A program made the position numbers and the translations under genes. The notes below the pieces were generated by a model that did not search any database, had not been told where the DNA came from, and worked only from the letters and a program-made list of their open reading frames with translations. This document shows positions 45,979 through 46,666 of a stretch of 46,666 nucleotides of DNA, in pieces (positions within the stretch are counted from its first letter, which is position 1; the number at the start of each line of letters is the position of its first letter). The DNA is from an uncultured Dehalococcoidales bacterium (GTDB lineage: Bacteria > Chloroflexota > Dehalococcoidia > GIF9 > UBA5629). Location of the stretch: assembly GCA_964413085.1 (NCBI GenBank), contig CAYPRI010000006.1, forward strand, positions 1-46,666. The letters run 5' to 3'.

Positions 45979-46609
45979 GGCACAAACTGGCCAGCACGCA
46001 CTCCACACAGCGCGGCCGCTGCGCTTTACACGTCCTACGGCCATGCTCAATAAGCAAAACGTGAAACTGATAAACATCATCAGACGGCACACGTTGCTCT
46101 AATAGCCTGTGCGCTTTTTCTACCGAAATCTTATCATCAATAAGCCCTAGTCTTTTAGTCACGCGGAATACATGCGTGTCCACGGGTAAAGCCGGCGTAC
46201 CTAGGGAGAAAAGCAAAACGACGCTGGCCGTCTTCATGCCGACCCCAGGCAGTTGCATTAGCCAGTCTCTGGCTTCGTCCAGCGGTAAGTTCTTTAAGAA
46301 CTCAAGGTCGAAGCCACCCCGCTGGTGCTGTATTTCCTGAAGGGCTTTCTTTATGTACCTGGCTTTGACCATTCCCAGCCCGCCGGCTTTAATGACTTTA
46401 CAAATTTGGACTACACTGGTATTGGCTATCTCTTCCCAGCCAGAAAAAGAGGCCAGGAGGCGCTCAAAAGCAGGCCTGGAATTCCTGTCTGACGTATTTT
46501 GCGACAGAATCGTTTGCACCAGGGCAGCCACCGGGCTTTCCCTACGCCGCCGACTTCCGTGACCATATTCGGCGCTTAAAAGTTCAAGTATTTTCTGAAC
46601 ATCTGCCAT
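45929..46609 (-). CDS. nth: endonuclease III family DNA glycosylase
   Basis: ILSQNT, LPGVGMKTA, PVDTH, Cx6Cx2Cx5C; likely leaderless ATG 46609, 7 nt after TATAAT (46622-46617); 50-nt convergent overlap with the kinase. Confidence 0.9.
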   Translation of the reverse strand: MADVQKILELLSAEYGHGSRRRRESPVAALVQTILSQNTSDRNSRPAFERLLASFSGWEEIANTSVVQICKVIKAGGLGMVKARYIKKALQEIQHQRGGFDLEFLKNLPLDEARDWLMQLPGVGMKTASVVLLFSLGTPALPVDTHVFRVTKRLGLIDDKISVEKAHRLLEQRVPSDDVYQFHVLLIEHGRRTCKAQRPRCVECVLASLCPSYEKFVGRKWSAQVA

Positions 46610-46666
46610 TAAATTCATTATACAGGGATTTATGAATTTAGATTTATAATTTTATCCTAAATTTAG

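Noticed and set aside
1-46666. CRISPR array, rRNA, IS transposase
   Set aside because: No regularly spaced repeats, rRNA signatures or transposase motifs noticed by eye.

Overview
The window looks like chromosomal DNA from a Dehalococcoidia-like (Chloroflexota) bacterium; this is inferred from gene content and protein style and was not checked against a database. Bases 1-~7470 are the right-hand part of an AT/GC-mosaic mobile element integrated at the 3' end of tRNA-Ala(GGC) (7471-7546, - strand); its other end lies outside the window. Its order is: tyrosine integrase (ORF runs through the tRNA antisense), a glycosylase-like orphan, a divergent promoter pair with a LexA-type box and no visible repressor gene, excisionase, a P-loop replication protein containing an inverted iteron array, a 55-aa overlapping ORF missed by the track, a terminase small-subunit-like gene, a Cys-rich orphan, a repeat-containing tail-like protein, and a HigBA-type toxin-antitoxin pair plus a small membrane protein. 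No large terminase, portal or capsid gene is visible, so it reads as a PICI-like phage satellite. This is the best candidate for an undescribed system. The rest is mostly core genome: a cbpA-hspR-orf-clpC/B operon with a downstream VTT/methyltransferase/hydrolase trio, Nudix, dnaJ, argF-der-plsY-gpsA, polA, mutM, gltX, dksA-like-lspA-rluD, DUF72, and hrcA-grpE-dnaK with a CIRCE. It also holds three Ig/FxLYD lipoproteins, a MarR-regulated efflux operon with two unusual adaptor proteins and no TolC, glyA, an ABC-2 exporter, an OmpR-family two-component system and endonuclease III.
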